The notes below the pieces were generated by a model. It had not been told where the DNA came from and did not search any database. It saw nothing but the letters and a program-made list of their open reading frames with translations. A program made the position numbers and the translations under genes. A stretch of 58,213 nucleotides of DNA from Coniocarpon cinnabarinum (lineage: Eukaryota): positions 62,001-120,213 of the forward strand of contig JAVECO010000059.1 in NCBI GenBank assembly GCA_051942205.1. Reading direction: 5' to 3'. This document shows positions 34,822 to 47,576 of this stretch, piece by piece; position 1 is the first letter of the stretch, and each line of letters opens with the position of its first letter.

Positions 34822-37435
34822 ATGGCGGAAGCAGGCGTTAATGGGACTTCACTTGGAAGACCTTCCACGTCCAAGGACAGTGAAGTGCCTGCGATCAATG
34901 GCGCACCGTCTACAGCAGCACCAGGTGGTGCAGGAGCTTCAGCTTCTGAGAATGTTTTGTATTCCGATGTACGGATTTACATAGCATGCAAGAATGCGCG
35001 ACGTTGACTAATTTTATCTGAACCTAGATTGGCATAAACGTCCTCTTGACCCGCTTGAAGCAGAGCATTGCTTCTGCTAGAGTACGTAGTCCATGCGCAG
35101 GTTGAGTACCTACGCAGCTTAGGAACACTCCGACTAAAAGCTCGAGTAGGACTTCTCTGCCTTTCTCAAGCGCCGATCTACCCTCGAAGAAGACCATGCA
35201 ACTGGTTTGCGCAAGCTGGCGCGCTTCACAACTGAGGCCTCCAGCCGCTCAGAAACTCGACAGGGATCATACGGCTCCAACTTTGCGTCAGTCAGAACTC
35301 TGCATGAAAGGATGGCCGACAATGGTCAGAACTTTGCCCAGTCCATGTTCCAAATGCACGAGGATTTGAATGACCTCGCTGCAAACATGGACCGCCTACG
35401 CAAGCATTGGAAACAAGAAGGCCTGAACAATGAGAAACGCGTCAAAGATGCTGAGGGCGCCATGGAGAAGGCGAAAGGCAGATACGAGAATGCTGCAGAA
35501 GGTTACGAGAGAGCAAAGACGGGTGATAGCAGTGGGCGCTCGTTTGGTATCAAAGGACCGAAAAGCGCGGAGCAGAGGGAGGAAGATTTACTCCGCAAAG
35601 CGCAAGGAGCGGACCAAGACTACAAGGGTAAAGTTGAAGCGGCTCAGCTGGCACGAAAAGAAAACATCGAGTCTCACAGGCCAAAGGCTGTGCGTGAGCT
35701 GCAGGAGTTGATCAAGGAATGCGACAGTGCGTTGGTATTGCAACTGCAGAAATTTGGTATGTTCGCAATGTACAAGTCAAGTCGCTTGCTGAGGAATCTA
35801 ACACGTTTGCGCAGCAAATCTGAACGAGAGGCTGATCGTTGGTGATGGCATGGTCATAAGTCCCATGGGTGACATGGTGAACGGCACCTCCTCGCCCAGC
35901 ATGCGCGAGATGATCCAAGGCATTGATAACGATCGAGACTTTCACACCTATGTCGCGAGTCACAATTCCCAATTACCATCCAGAACTGCAGATTTGAACT
36001 ACCAGAAGCATGCAGCACTGGGTGGAGCAGGCGCTTCCACACCAGCTGCTTCAACAAGGACTCGAGGGATGTCACAGTCAGCGACTACGCCTGCCTCAGC
36101 TTCAGTTCAAACCAATGCTCCCACTCCGTTGTCTAAAAGCTCGACTACGCCAATCGCCTCACAACCACCGTCATCTCAGTCTCAAACACCGCAACAGCAA
36201 TCGATCACATCACAAGCGCCGCCAACATTACCACCTGTCTCCACTACTAGTCTTCCTTCAACCGAGCAACGTCAGGCGTCTGTTTCTTCTGCCGGCGGTG
36301 CTCCGACACCCTCTGCACCTCTGAGCTCCAGCGGTTCGCCTTCAATAGGCCCAAGCGCAGGCTTACCGCCCGTCCGCCAACAAACACCCGATCGATCATT
36401 TCGAGGACCGCCACCAGGGCAAGCCGCGCCTCCATACTCAAGCACCGGCGCTCAGCACTCACAGAAGTCGTCCATTTCCCAGCCCGCGCCCATCTCCCAA
36501 CCATATCGACCAACTGGTGCTCCACCCACCGGACCACCCGGAAACGCATGGAATGAAGCGCGTCAACAACAGCAATCGCCGATACAACATCCCCCTCGCG
36601 GCTCCTCAGCTCAACAAGGCGGCTCCACAGCAGCGACTCCTTCCTCTGCTACATCTGCAGTCCCCCAGCATTTGCAACCTTATAACCGCGTCTTCGGCAT
36701 GAAACTTGACGAGCTCTTCCGACGAGACGACTCCGCCGTTCCACTAGTGGTCTATCAATGCATCCAAGCGGTTGAGCTCTTCGGGCTGGACAACGAGGGT
36801 ATCTACCGCACGAACGGTAATGCACAGCATATGGCGCAACTCCGCGCCCGCTTCGATCACGACAGCAGTAAGATTGATTTTCGAGACCCGGAAGCCTTCC
36901 TGCATGATGTTAATAGTGTGGCGGGGCTTCTGAAGATGTTCTTCAGAGAGTTGCCCGATCCGCTGTTCACGGCAGAGCATTATCAGGAGTTTGTTGATGC
37001 GGCTAGTAAGTCTCCTCCTTTCTTCCCCTTCTGACCGCCACCACAATCAGCATCACTACCACTACTACCACCACCACCACTACCACTTGCACCATCATCA
37101 CTGCACTCACCGCGTACAAACCATTGGAATAAGCAAAAGGCTAATGTAACATAGAGATCGATGACCCTACAACAAGGCGCGACTCCATTCACGCCATAAT
37201 CAACGCACTGCCCGATCCTAACTACGCCACCATCCGCGCCGTGGTGCTGCACCTCTGGCGTGTTCAAGAACACAGCGAGCGCAATCGCATGACCACGCAA
37301 TCATTAGCGATTTGCTTTGCGCCCACCATGATGGGGGGCGCGATGGGGTTGGGTCAGGGGAGGGACACGGCCATGCAGGCAAGAGTGGTGGAGACGGTGT
37401 TGAGTAATACTTTTATGATTTTTGATGAGGACTGA
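34822..37435 (+). CDS. RGD1: F-BAR + RhoGAP protein (Rgd1-like)
   Basis: VLYSD|IGINVLLTRLKQSIASAR|DFSAFLKRR..LEEDH F-BAR; GAP domain VFG..L...VP.VVYQCI.AVE.FGL.NEGIYR...HDVNSVAGLLKMFFRELPDPL...NRM...LAICFAPT; introns 34969-35027, 35082-35149, 35757-35814 and 37006-37154. Confidence 0.9.
37051..37105 (+). repeat. Imperfect (CAC/CAT/TAC)n trinucleotide microsatellite in the last RhoGAP intron
   Basis: catcactaccactactaccaccaccaccactaccac... Confidence 0.7.
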
Positions 37436-38866
37436 GCCCTCTTTGTGGAGGGGGGGACGCGGAAGTGAGGTAATGGTGAAGCCAGATAGTGAAGGGGGTT
37501 TGTGGGGGATCTGGATGGAGATCGCTAGGAAACTGTGGCAGGTTGAGCTTGAGGGAATGTCTAAAGGGATGGGATGGTAACGGGTTGCAGTGGATGGAGG
37601 CCATAGTCGTGTGCGCTGGGTCGTGTGCGGTGGGTCGTGTGCGATGTGTGAGTGTGAATCACAAGGGTGATGACACCAACAGTCTGTCGTGACCAGTCAC
37701 TCGCGGGTCCTTGACTCCCCAGAGAGCGCTCGACGATGGCAAAGGGCGGTCTATGGCATCCTGTCAACAGCCGATCACCGAAGAGCACGGGTGCGACTCG
37801 AAGGAATCAACAGTTCAGGAGTGACGTTTGTATACTTCATTCTATATACCCTACGAATCATCTTTAATCGCAAGAATACCTACTAAATTCGCGACTTCAC
37901 GACTTGGTATGCGGCGACTATGACGTGTAACTTGCTTTGCCTGGATGAAGGTCGTGCTTGCATGGAGCCGGGATTGTGCGGTATTATAGCAACAGAACAT
38001 CAGAGCTAGGGAAGGAGATGACGAGTCGTGGCTATGTGCAGTTTAGTTTCGTGTCAACAAGAAGCGTTTGCTTCGTTCAGAGACACAAGTGTCGCGATGG
38101 GAGGATTGAAATGGGAGCGATCGAGGCATGACGAATGTTCGGCTAAGAACTCGACGTGACGCTATATGAAGAGGAGATAGTTTTGGAAGAGAAACGAAGA
38201 GTGCTATGGATTGAGAATTGCTTGGGTTTCATGACTTTCATGACCTTCATGGATTTCATGGCTGCAAATATCGACTCATGTGGTACTCAAGAGTGAGCGG
38301 CTAGTATAGATGCCATGTGCATGCTATTGTTGTTTTAAACAGCGCTAGAGCTGGGATTGTATGTTGTTCACTGCGACCGTTGAGGTACGGAAACCTTGCG
38401 CGGATGACTGTATGTTCAGGCAGCTCGGGGTACGGTCTAACCTCGTGTATTGAACGCTGGAATACAGGAGCGAGAGATGACAAGAGAGCGAACAGTTTCG
38501 CCACCGCATAGGACGTTCCGTGCCACTGAGATCGTACTTCGTGCAAGCCCTGTATTGGGCGCATGACTTTCGAGGTGTTGCTTGTGAAACTTTCTATGAA
38601 GTTTTCAACAAAGTCATGAACGGTTGCCCATAGATTTAGGGACTTTGGGTTGTGGGACATACTAATTTTTGATTGATTGAAAGAGCTGCATGACAATGGT
38701 AGACAAGAGATCTAAATTGTGGGTGTTGGAAAGGCTATGGTTAGATCTGCTAACGTGGCTGCATGGCTGGAAGACCGTCCTAATTATCATGATGGCTGTG
38801 TGCATCTTGCAACGAGGTGCAGTGCCCTTTGCAGACGAATGAGATCGTCCTATCGCGATAAAATTT

Positions 38867-40027
38867 CTAAGCGCGGCTGTCCATGAACGTCTCATGTAGC
38901 TTTGAAACTTCCGGGATAATGAGACTTTCGATCTCAATCGGCGGTTCCGTATTTGCCATGTCAATGCGATCGGTTTCATTAGGCGTGTTCTGTGCTCTGC
39001 CGACAAGCTCCTGAACGCCGGACACACTAGCCTGACGCTTGGCTCGAGGTACGCGCACCCACTGCTCTTTAATCTGGCAGTCGGCATGACTTTCGGTCAC
39101 ATTGCTCACGAAGACGACCTCCCACTTTCTCGTGGTAAGCAGATTGCCGATGACAAGGTGATGCGCGTATTTCTTCAATGCGTGTCTTGCCTTCTCAGTC
39201 AAGATCGCAGGATCTGTCTCGAGCTTGAAGCTGACGATCATGGCATTGGGGGCCCACGCGTCTACAACGCGCTTCAGAAACTTTGGTACTGGATCCAGAT
39301 CGATGACCAGTGACTGTCCTTGCATGTGGGCTGCAGCGGGACGGTCCGTCGCATTCGCGCCGTGAAACTCCACGCCGGATTGAATCTTGTGCTCCACCAT
39401 CCTATCAGCGGGCACAAAGAAGTCCGACACCGCCGCTGCAAGATAGAATAAAGCGCCGGACCCCAGGGGTTTCATCAAGCGTGCAATTTCTCGCAGGCTC
39501 CAGAGATACTCGTTAATCGTCACAAAGGGGAGAGTAAGAAGCAGTCCCGCGTTTTGAGCGCTCTTGTACCTCTGCAGTACTTCACGCATCTGAGACTGAT
39601 ATTCATCACGTATGACGACGCTATTGTCTGATGCTGAAACTCCATCAGTAGAACAGGCAAAATCCATAAAATCCAAGAAGCAATTCGTGCTATGGCTGAA
39701 ATGGCGACTGAAAGGTAGCAGCGAATGCTGTCGATGAAGAAAGATGACACCGTAGCCAGCATCCAGGAGATACTCCGCTGATGTCGCGCCACGCGTACCG
39801 GCTGAAAAGTTGTCGATGAAACGAACAGTCTGGTTTTCAAGCGGCACGGTAGTCCCACCTGATGTGACTAAAGCTACCCTTCGAGAGGAGGAAGCGTGGC
39901 GCTCAATGAAATCACGAGCAGCTTCGACATGATTTGATAAGCTCGATGGCGGCTTGTTGATGGTAAAATAGGCATGCTCGTCGGCCGTTGTGACCCTCGT
40001 CAACCCAGGTCGGTCTTCATCGGACAT
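38867..40027 (-). CDS. CAB2: Phosphopantothenate-cysteine ligase (CoA biosynthesis)
   Basis: LVTSGGTTVPLENQTVRFIDNFSAGTRGATSAEY, FYLAAAVSDFF, EHKIQS, LDPVPKFL, VSFKLETD and VIGNLL.TRK.EV. Confidence 0.95.
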   Translation of the reverse strand: MSDEDRPGLTRVTTADEHAYFTINKPPSSLSNHVEAARDFIERHASSSRRVALVTSGGTTVPLENQTVRFIDNFSAGTRGATSAEYLLDAGYGVIFLHRQHSLLPFSRHFSHSTNCFLDFMDFACSTDGVSASDNSVVIRDEYQSQMREVLQRYKSAQNAGLLLTLPFVTINEYLWSLREIARLMKPLGSGALFYLAAAVSDFFVPADRMVEHKIQSGVEFHGANATDRPAAAHMQGQSLVIDLDPVPKFLKRVVDAWAPNAMIVSFKLETDPAILTEKARHALKKYAHHLVIGNLLTTRKWEVVFVSNVTESHADCQIKEQWVRVPRAKRQASVSGVQELVGRAQNTPNETDRIDMANTEPPIEIESLIIPEVSKLHETFMDSRA

Positions 40028-40556
40028 GATGCTTGTTCTTTTGGGGTCTGTTCGTGATTTTCAAGGACCATTTATTGCGTGGTCGCTCAGGCATAGGCCA
40101 TGTTCGCTGGAATGTATGAAGATTGGCTATTACAGCCACCTTAGGTATCCATAACTGCTGCGGGCTGTCGGGACACCGTCTGACAAAACATGACGGTGAA
40201 CCTCGGGTACCGGCCGGAAGGAGGAGCTGGAGCCGTCAGACTGCGAAGTACACGCAGGCCCTTGAATGCTTAGCTACCAGGTCAGCAGATCCAAAATCGA
40301 GGCCTTGGGATCTGGCTTGCAGGCATTAAGTAAGCTGTGTTTGTAAAATCGCAGTCTGCGAAGTTCTAGCTAATGTTCGAATTGGCCTTCGAATTCAGGC
40401 TTCCGCACCGCGCTTCACCCCACCATGTTAACCTTCGAGCGAGCTTAAAGACTGAGAACCTGCAAATCGCGTTTGAAGAGATTTGCACAGTCCAACATCA
40501 TAATCACGCGACAATCGCCAAGATTGTCGTCTTCGTCAAATTCAAGATCCGCTAGC

Positions 40557-41371
40557 ATGGCAGAGTCTTCAGCGGATGCCTCCGCGCCGACAGAGGCCGT
40601 AGCCCCGCCGTATCAGCCCAAGAAAGTCACATATTGCGGTGGTAAGTGCAACAAGATAGGTACTTTGATTCCGAAGCCTGAGAACTGACCTCCGGCTTTA
40701 GTATGCTCATTACCGCCTGAAGTAGGTATGACTCCATAGCATTCCCAGTTTCGTGCAGAATCCCTCCGTAGTTTAGTGCCTAGCACACAAAAGCCTGGGG
40801 TCGAAAGTGCCGGAAATGATTTTTGTGGATACACGAAGCTTGCAGCAGGAGACTGATGTGCGGCTGGTAGTACTGCGAGTTCTCGCCGACACCAACAAAG
40901 TGTGAACAATGGCTAAAGCAAACCCATCCCGACCTACACTCCAAATACTACTCCGAAGAAACCCTCGCCAACCAAATGTCAAACCTCTCAACCAGTCAAC
41001 AAGCCGCCGCTACCAAATCTGCCGCTAAAGCTGCCTCAAAAGCAGCAGCCGCAGAGGAGCGCGAGGCAACCAAACGGGCGACGTCAAAGGTGTACATCAA
41101 GCGCGTGGAGCGCAACAAGAGGAAGTATGTGACGGTTATCACAGGGCTGGAGAACCACGGACAGGAGCTCAAGAAGGTGGCGAAAGATTTTGGCAAGAAG
41201 TTCGCGACTGGCAGTTCGGTAACAAAGAGGCCAGACGGCACGGGTGATGAGATCACGGTGCAAGGAGATGTGGCGGATGACGTCGAGGAGTATATTCTCG
41301 ACAATATGGAAGAAATCCCGGGGGACAATGTTGAAATCACAGAGGACAAAAAGAAGAAGGGCGCTGGCTGA
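40557..41371 (+). CDS. TMA22: Translation machinery-associated protein 22 (DENR, SUI1 domain)
   Basis: YCG|VCSLPPE|YCEF Zn motif split by a 20-nt microexon (40702-40721); IKRVERNKRKYVT, KKFATGSSVTK and EITVQGDV. Confidence 0.95.
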
Positions 41372-41807
41372 TATATATAGCTGTACAATGATTGATATGT
41401 CGAATTATGAGAATACCTGATCCCTGTTTCTTATCGCCTTGCCCTGTTTTTTCGTTTTGCTCAAACTTTAGGTTGGAAAGTACCTAGGTATCGCTCGACG
41501 AGGTAGTCATGTCGTTGCGATTTGGAGAATGACGTGAACAATTAAGGAGCATCTAACGTCGATGCCGCTTAGCGCAGCGGCAGAAGGTGCGGTGAGCATG
41601 GACCCACCAATGCCATCTACACATGACTCTCCAACGTCATGTCCATTCGAGCCTTTCATTCATTCGCCTGTCACTTAACGTTCTCTACGCAGAGCAACCA
41701 CTGCGTCGCCTTTTGCTTCAAGCATTGGTTCGGGACTAGATCCGCCATAAAAATGAGGTCTTGTCATTGCACCGCAGCAGCGGAGGGCCCCACAACCGTG
41801 TTGCGGA

Positions 41808-43418
41808 ATGCCAATCAAAGAAATACGAGTTCATTTCGGTGCTTCAAGCTCAAGACAAAATGATGAAAGACATCGCCGCCTTGCAAGAGCATACGATGGC
41901 TTTCAAAGCCGATCCAGTGAGACACTTGCAAACACGAGGCTGTTGCAAGAAGAGAGGGATCGTGGTGGGGGCAAAGACATGGGAGAAGCATCCAAAGAGA
42001 AAGGTGGTGGAGCAGCAACAAATATGAGACAGCTCGGAAATAAGATCTCAGAACAGGAACGAGACTGTGGATCATTGGAAAGAGAGAGTGCAAGCGAAGG
42101 GCAGCTCGTTAATCTGACAAATCTTCGGTTTACAGCTTCGACAAATGAGCCGGAGAGTCTCAAAGAGCAGACAAACGCCCAAGAGTCACATCCATCTGAA
42201 TCGCAGCCGCGCCCTGAATTGACTACGGTCAGATCGGCTGACCTCAAACGAGGACGTAGCCCACCTGCACCCGCTCAAACGCCACCCTCCAATGACCATG
42301 CCCCTCATTCTCCTGCGCGCCCAAGCAAACGAGTGAGGATAGCTTATGAAAGACGCAGCGATGTCTACCTTGATGATACGCTTGAGGCTGCTGCCGTCAT
42401 TTCAAGTCAACTTTGGAACGAATCGTCAATGGATACACAGGAGAGCGAGATTAACATGCTCCAAGAGCAGCATGACAATCCAGACGAGGAGCAGCTCAGC
42501 GAAAGCCACGAGATTGCGCTTCCGGACTACTCAGTGAACGATGAGCCTACGAGTCCATCGGATGTCCAGCCATCTTCAGGTGCTGCACCAGCCTCTGCCA
42601 GCCCTGAACCTACATCCGCGGCTGCAGAGCTCGAGGACACCTCCCTCCACGCTTCAGCCGAGGCTCTGGTAGAACAGCCTCACCAGTCTTCCGAGAATGC
42701 TCCTGCTCGTTCAACTGCTGCACAGTCCTCAGCAAATGCCGCTTCTTCCAGCCACTCTGACTCCGAATGTACCCACCCTCAATATGGTACATTCATTCAT
42801 TTGTCCATGCTCGATTGCCCCCTTCCGCCAACGGGCAACAACTCCTTCGACGATTTCGACTTCCTAACACCAGATTTGCAGTCACTCGCGTCTGATCACG
42901 TTCCCATCACCGAAAAATATGACCCCTATGCCATTACCTACCGCGAAGTTAAGAAGGGGGAACGTGGACATTGGCGATTCATCATTGATGGGACTGATCT
43001 TCATGAAGATCCTGACAGACCCGACACAGATGAGAAGGGCGGTATTCTTGATGCATTCGAGCCTGGCTGCTTTTGGAACCAGCTCCATCCCTTCGTGACG
43101 AGCGCACGCGCGGGAGATCGGGTCAATTGTGGATGTGAGAGCTGGAGCAAGACCGTAGATGTCCCCGTTACAGTCTCGCAGCCCGACAACACGGATACGG
43201 GAGGAAATGCAGCAGCGCGGACGGGCGCGCAAGGTGCAAGCACTACAGAGCAACGTCAGCAGATCACCAAGTATTTTGCAGTCTTCTGCATGGGCCAGGT
43301 CATACCCCACATCTACATCCTCCTCTACTGGGCCTCAGCGAGTCGCATTCGCTTCGTAGACGCCGAGTGGGTCGACAAGGACAACAAAGTCGTAGTCAGG
43401 GTTCCGAGATATTATTGA
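41808..43418 (+). CDS. Hypothetical protein (short N-terminal motif, acidic disordered middle, Trp-rich C-terminal domain)
   Basis: 536-aa ORF; VHFGASSSRQNDERHRRLARAY at the N-terminus, and ERGHW...FW..L..FV...RAG..V.C...VFCMGQVIPHIYILLY.AS..RI....AEWVD....VVV at the C-terminus look globular. Confidence 0.75.
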   Translation: MPIKEIRVHFGASSSRQNDERHRRLARAYDGFQSRSSETLANTRLLQEERDRGGGKDMGEASKEKGGGAATNMRQLGNKISEQERDCGSLERESASEGQLVNLTNLRFTASTNEPESLKEQTNAQESHPSESQPRPELTTVRSADLKRGRSPPAPAQTPPSNDHAPHSPARPSKRVRIAYERRSDVYLDDTLEAAAVISSQLWNESSMDTQESEINMLQEQHDNPDEEQLSESHEIALPDYSVNDEPTSPSDVQPSSGAAPASASPEPTSAAAELEDTSLHASAEALVEQPHQSSENAPARSTAAQSSANAASSSHSDSECTHPQYGTFIHLSMLDCPLPPTGNNSFDDFDFLTPDLQSLASDHVPITEKYDPYAITYREVKKGERGHWRFIIDGTDLHEDPDRPDTDEKGGILDAFEPGCFWNQLHPFVTSARAGDRVNCGCESWSKTVDVPVTVSQPDNTDTGGNAAARTGAQGASTTEQRQQITKYFAVFCMGQVIPHIYILLYWASASRIRFVDAEWVDKDNKVVVRVPRYY

Positions 43419-43869
43419 AAGGTGGACAAGTGTACCATTTAGCTAAGTATCTGTCTGATCTAATCCAATCTATTTCTTGAATTATTCTTGAACTATTTTC
43501 GAATTATTGATCTACGTGAAGGTGATTAGATGTGCTCGGCTGTGGCTTTCATGCGCATATGCCTGTTTCCTTTGTTCTCGAGGTAAGGATTTAGGGTTTT
43601 GACCTTTCATTGTTTTGAATTCTGGGAAGGTTCAGGCGGGTATGGAGGGGACAAAGCAATTAAGCGCTGTTGTCAATTCAGCATTCAGAATACGACTTGT
43701 GCTGCGTGATGACAAATCTCTCAGGAGCATACAAGTGAAGAGACTGTTCACGTCCCAGCCGACACGTCGGTGAGGTCTCTTGAGGTGCTGTAGCCATGGT
43801 CACAGTATCAATCCAGCTGTCAGCTCATCCTTGGCTGTAACATGCGGGAATCTGAACGGCCTTGAGGAG

Positions 43870-46800
43870 ATGTCGACGAACAAGACGCCTCATAGGCCTC
43901 TTCCTTCGCCATCTAAGATCACGCCTTCTATTCTACCACTCCCGCCACTGCCATGTCCTCCCAATTTGGATTCTGGGTACAATCCCTCGACTTCTTCGTC
44001 ACCGGCATTGAGTCCCACTACATTTTCCTCACCGGCTCTGACTCCAGTCCTGGCACCAGCATTGGTACCAGCATTGCCACCAGTCGGTGCCCCTTCACAG
44101 CCTCTACCACCCACTGTAGTCACAGACCGATCACCCTCACTCTCAACAAGACACTCAGCAAGGAAAACATCAGCAGCCCTTCTTTCTCAGCATCCAAAAG
44201 ACGAAAAATTGGCACCGCCTCGTATGCGAGCGAGTCGCTCGGCGAGTCCACTCGGTCGGTCAAGGGATCCGACACTACCTAACATCCGAGCTATTGGTAT
44301 CATTGAAGAAAAAGCAATTTCGAAACAGATTCGGGATGTCATGCAGAAGCCTAAGAGGGTCAATAGCAGTGATACGATTTCCATTTCTCAGCAGAACCTG
44401 GCAGCATCGACGTCAATGGTGCATGCTCGACGTGATAGTACTCCTCGTGTGCCTACACCGACTAATCATTCATCCAACTCAAGTCCCCGAAACTCCTCGG
44501 CCTCTGCTTCCATCCCCACCCCAACCTCTAATACAACCACAGCTACAGCCACGTCTCTAGCTCGCAGTGCGACGAGTCGAAGCAGCAATGTATTGAGCCG
44601 AACCTTCTCTAGAAGTGGCGGCAAGAATCGCAACACCCCTCCACCACCTATATCGGTCCCAGCACCGCCCGTGCCAGAAGTCCCCCAACAATGGCGCGAC
44701 AGCAGCATAAGCACCAAAAGCGAGGCAAAGACACACTCAGCACGGACGAGTCAAATCAGCAATATCTCACATTTATCGTCGATGTCGACGTCGAGTGGGT
44801 CGTCGTATCGCTCCAGTATGGACAGTGAGAGTGCGGCGGTCGCAAGGACGCTGGGAGCCACGGCGAGCATGAAAAGCTCAAAGGAGAAGAAGGAGAAGAA
44901 GAGGAGTCGGTTTTTGGGGAAGAAGAAAAGTGAAGGTGTCGTTAAGCCGTTGATCAGTCCGCCGACGTGAGTTCCGATCTTAGTGAGAAGATTCTGAGAA
45001 AGTGATGTGTTGACGGCTGACTTTGTAGGTTGGTGCACACGCCTAATACGAGTGAATTGCCAAAATTGAGAAATCGGGAGAGCATGGGGGCGAAGACGAT
45101 TAGTGAAGCTGAGGTTATGGATCTGAAGGAGGCGGGACTCGCTGAAGAGAGGAGGAAGAGTGCTCAAGAGGGTGCGGTTGAACGGCCGAAGGCGGTAGAC
45201 AAGCTGTCGATAAAGAAATCTGCGTCCATGGTGGATCTCGAAAGTTCGAAGGTTGAAACGACACCGCTGGAGCGACCGAAATTGAAGAAGAGTGAGACAA
45301 TGGCCACAACTGTGTCGACGAAAAGCATGATACTAGAGCCTGGTGGCAAATTGAAGAAATCGAAAACCTTCGGGCTGCCATGGGTGAAACCAGAAGCACG
45401 TGCGCCAGAGGCACACGCTGACCTTGTCGAGGGCGGATTCTTTACCCGCACTCAGTTACCGCCAATTAAGTATACAAGGCTGCCAGTGCTGGCAGTGAAC
45501 GGGTCCGACCTGGACAAAGCTGGTGTCGACAACGCGGGTGGTGTCCGCGTAAGCATGCAATTGGCGCCTGTCGTGTGGTACGACGAGGCGAAGCGCAAGA
45601 CTGTGCGCATGAGCTTGCAGATGGCGACGGAACAAGCTGCAGACGGGGCGCCGAAGAGCAATCGTACGAGTTGGGTCACTGCTGGTCGATTTAGTTGGAT
45701 GCCCGGTAAAGATGATCGACTGCATTTGTCACACTTGGGCAGCCCTTTGGGCAGTGCAAAGTCGCCACGAAAAAGCCAACTGAAGAGTCCGTTGAAAAGT
45801 GTCATGGAGGCTGCACGTGAAATTGTAGCAGATGATTTCGTAGACACTGAAGCAACAAGGAAAGCCGCAGCGGCGAGGCTTGAAGGTGTCGATGAAGAAT
45901 CAGAAGCCAAGTCTGCTCACATGGACCCCGTCTCGTCTTCAAAACCCTCTCAGCATGGTTCTCAAGGTTATCTCAAGGCAATTTCCGAGGACAGAGAGTC
46001 CAAAGATCGTGACCAGTCTGCGATATCGCAGGAAGATGAGACATTGGAAGCCGAAGCTGTCCTCGCCGAGAATGAGAAAGATAAGCCTGACGAAGAAGGA
46101 CATACCATTCGCTGGAGCGAGGGGACCAATGATGATGCCAGAGAGCTTCAATTGGTCCTTCAGCAGATTGCAGAGGAGCAGCAGAAAGAAATGGACGGGC
46201 AAACTTCCAGCGTCCCAGACGTCAATTTTCAAGACACGTGGCAGGATCAACCAATGTCACTGTCCAAACGCATCAGTCTTGTCATCAAGAAGGGTTCACC
46301 TTCACCGGACTGCCATATCGGCGACATTCCCGGCGCTTCCGACGGAGTTGCCACTGACCCCCTCAAGCTCGCTGGACCAGCACAAGCCAACAACCGCCTG
46401 AGTTGGATGTTCAACACGGGCGCGCCAGCACCTCAGGATGTCAAGCTCCTTGCTGCGGTACCACGAGAAGACGGCGACGCCCTAACCAGTTTTGAGGGCG
46501 AGGAAGGCTTCTCTGCAGCAAACGCAAATGTGGAGCTACGAATCTTGTCCGCGTATCATCTTCCTGAAGAAGCCCAAGTCTTGGCTGTGATCACTGAAGA
46601 AGACGAGGGACCGACGTTTGAGATGGACGAACCAGCAGCGCATGGGACTAGCGATCGGTTGCTGAATATCGGCAGAGAGCAAAGCCAACCGATGATTCTC
46701 GCCTCACCGGGCCTTCCCAATATGCGGATGGTCGGATTAGCTGACGTGGAAGCGGCCTCGTCATCGGATGAGGAAGAGTCCAGAACAGTGGATGTGGATC

Positions 46801-47576
46801 ATGAGGCATCTGACTCAGAGTCCAACTATTCCAAGGCCAGTGAAGAAGATAATACAATCGACAGTGTCGGCGTGGTCCAGAACAAAGCAGAAGCTGGCCA
46901 TTATCACACTGCACGAGGCTCTGCTGGTAGCAAACAGGTTCAACAAGCGGACGCGGTGTGTCACTCCGGCGAGGCGAATTTGCAAACCACTGACGTACAG
47001 CCATTGCGCCTGAGCATAAAATCAACGAACCACTTGGAATCTACGCCACTCGTTCAAGCGCCATATGTGCCAGGACCCATCCGTCTTACTCGATCTGATG
47101 ACAACAAGAATGCCATCGCTGGCATGGATGCATGGCACGACCATGAAGCTGGCGAAGACGTATGGCAACGCTCGGAGAAGTTGTTGATTGATGGCATCTT
47201 AGACTTCTTCAGTGACACGGTGAGCACATCTGAGTGGTGTTCTGGCCGCGAGGGAGACCTCGTCAATGACGAAGACGTAGATTTCAGTTTCCTAAAAGCA
47301 CCCTTACTGGACAGCGCCTTCATCCAGCTCCACGCTGTTGAAGACATCTTTGCGGCAGTCGTCGATCCGAGCAAACCGCCACCATTGCCGCCACTGCCTA
47401 CAAACTTTACTCTCAACAGACCGTTACCGTCACCTGGCTCGGAGCTCACACGCGATGGAGCAAACACCGCCTGCGCGCGAACAACCGCGCGTAGTGATGC
47501 ACACAGGAGGCAGAAACCGGTTACCGTTCATGCCCCTGGCATTGGGACGCTGCTGATGAAAGGGGGTCTTTTTTGA
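43870..47576 (+). CDS. Large Ser/Pro-rich, mostly disordered hypothetical protein (2 exons)
   Basis: Two long ORFs joined in frame by intron 44967-45028 (GTGAGT...GCTGAC...TGTAG), giving KPLISPPT|LVHTPN. Confidence 0.75.

Noticed and set aside
38229..38262. TTCATG-based 9-bp tandem repeat (4 units)
   Set aside because: Short degenerate minisatellite with no spacers; not CRISPR-like and no evident function.
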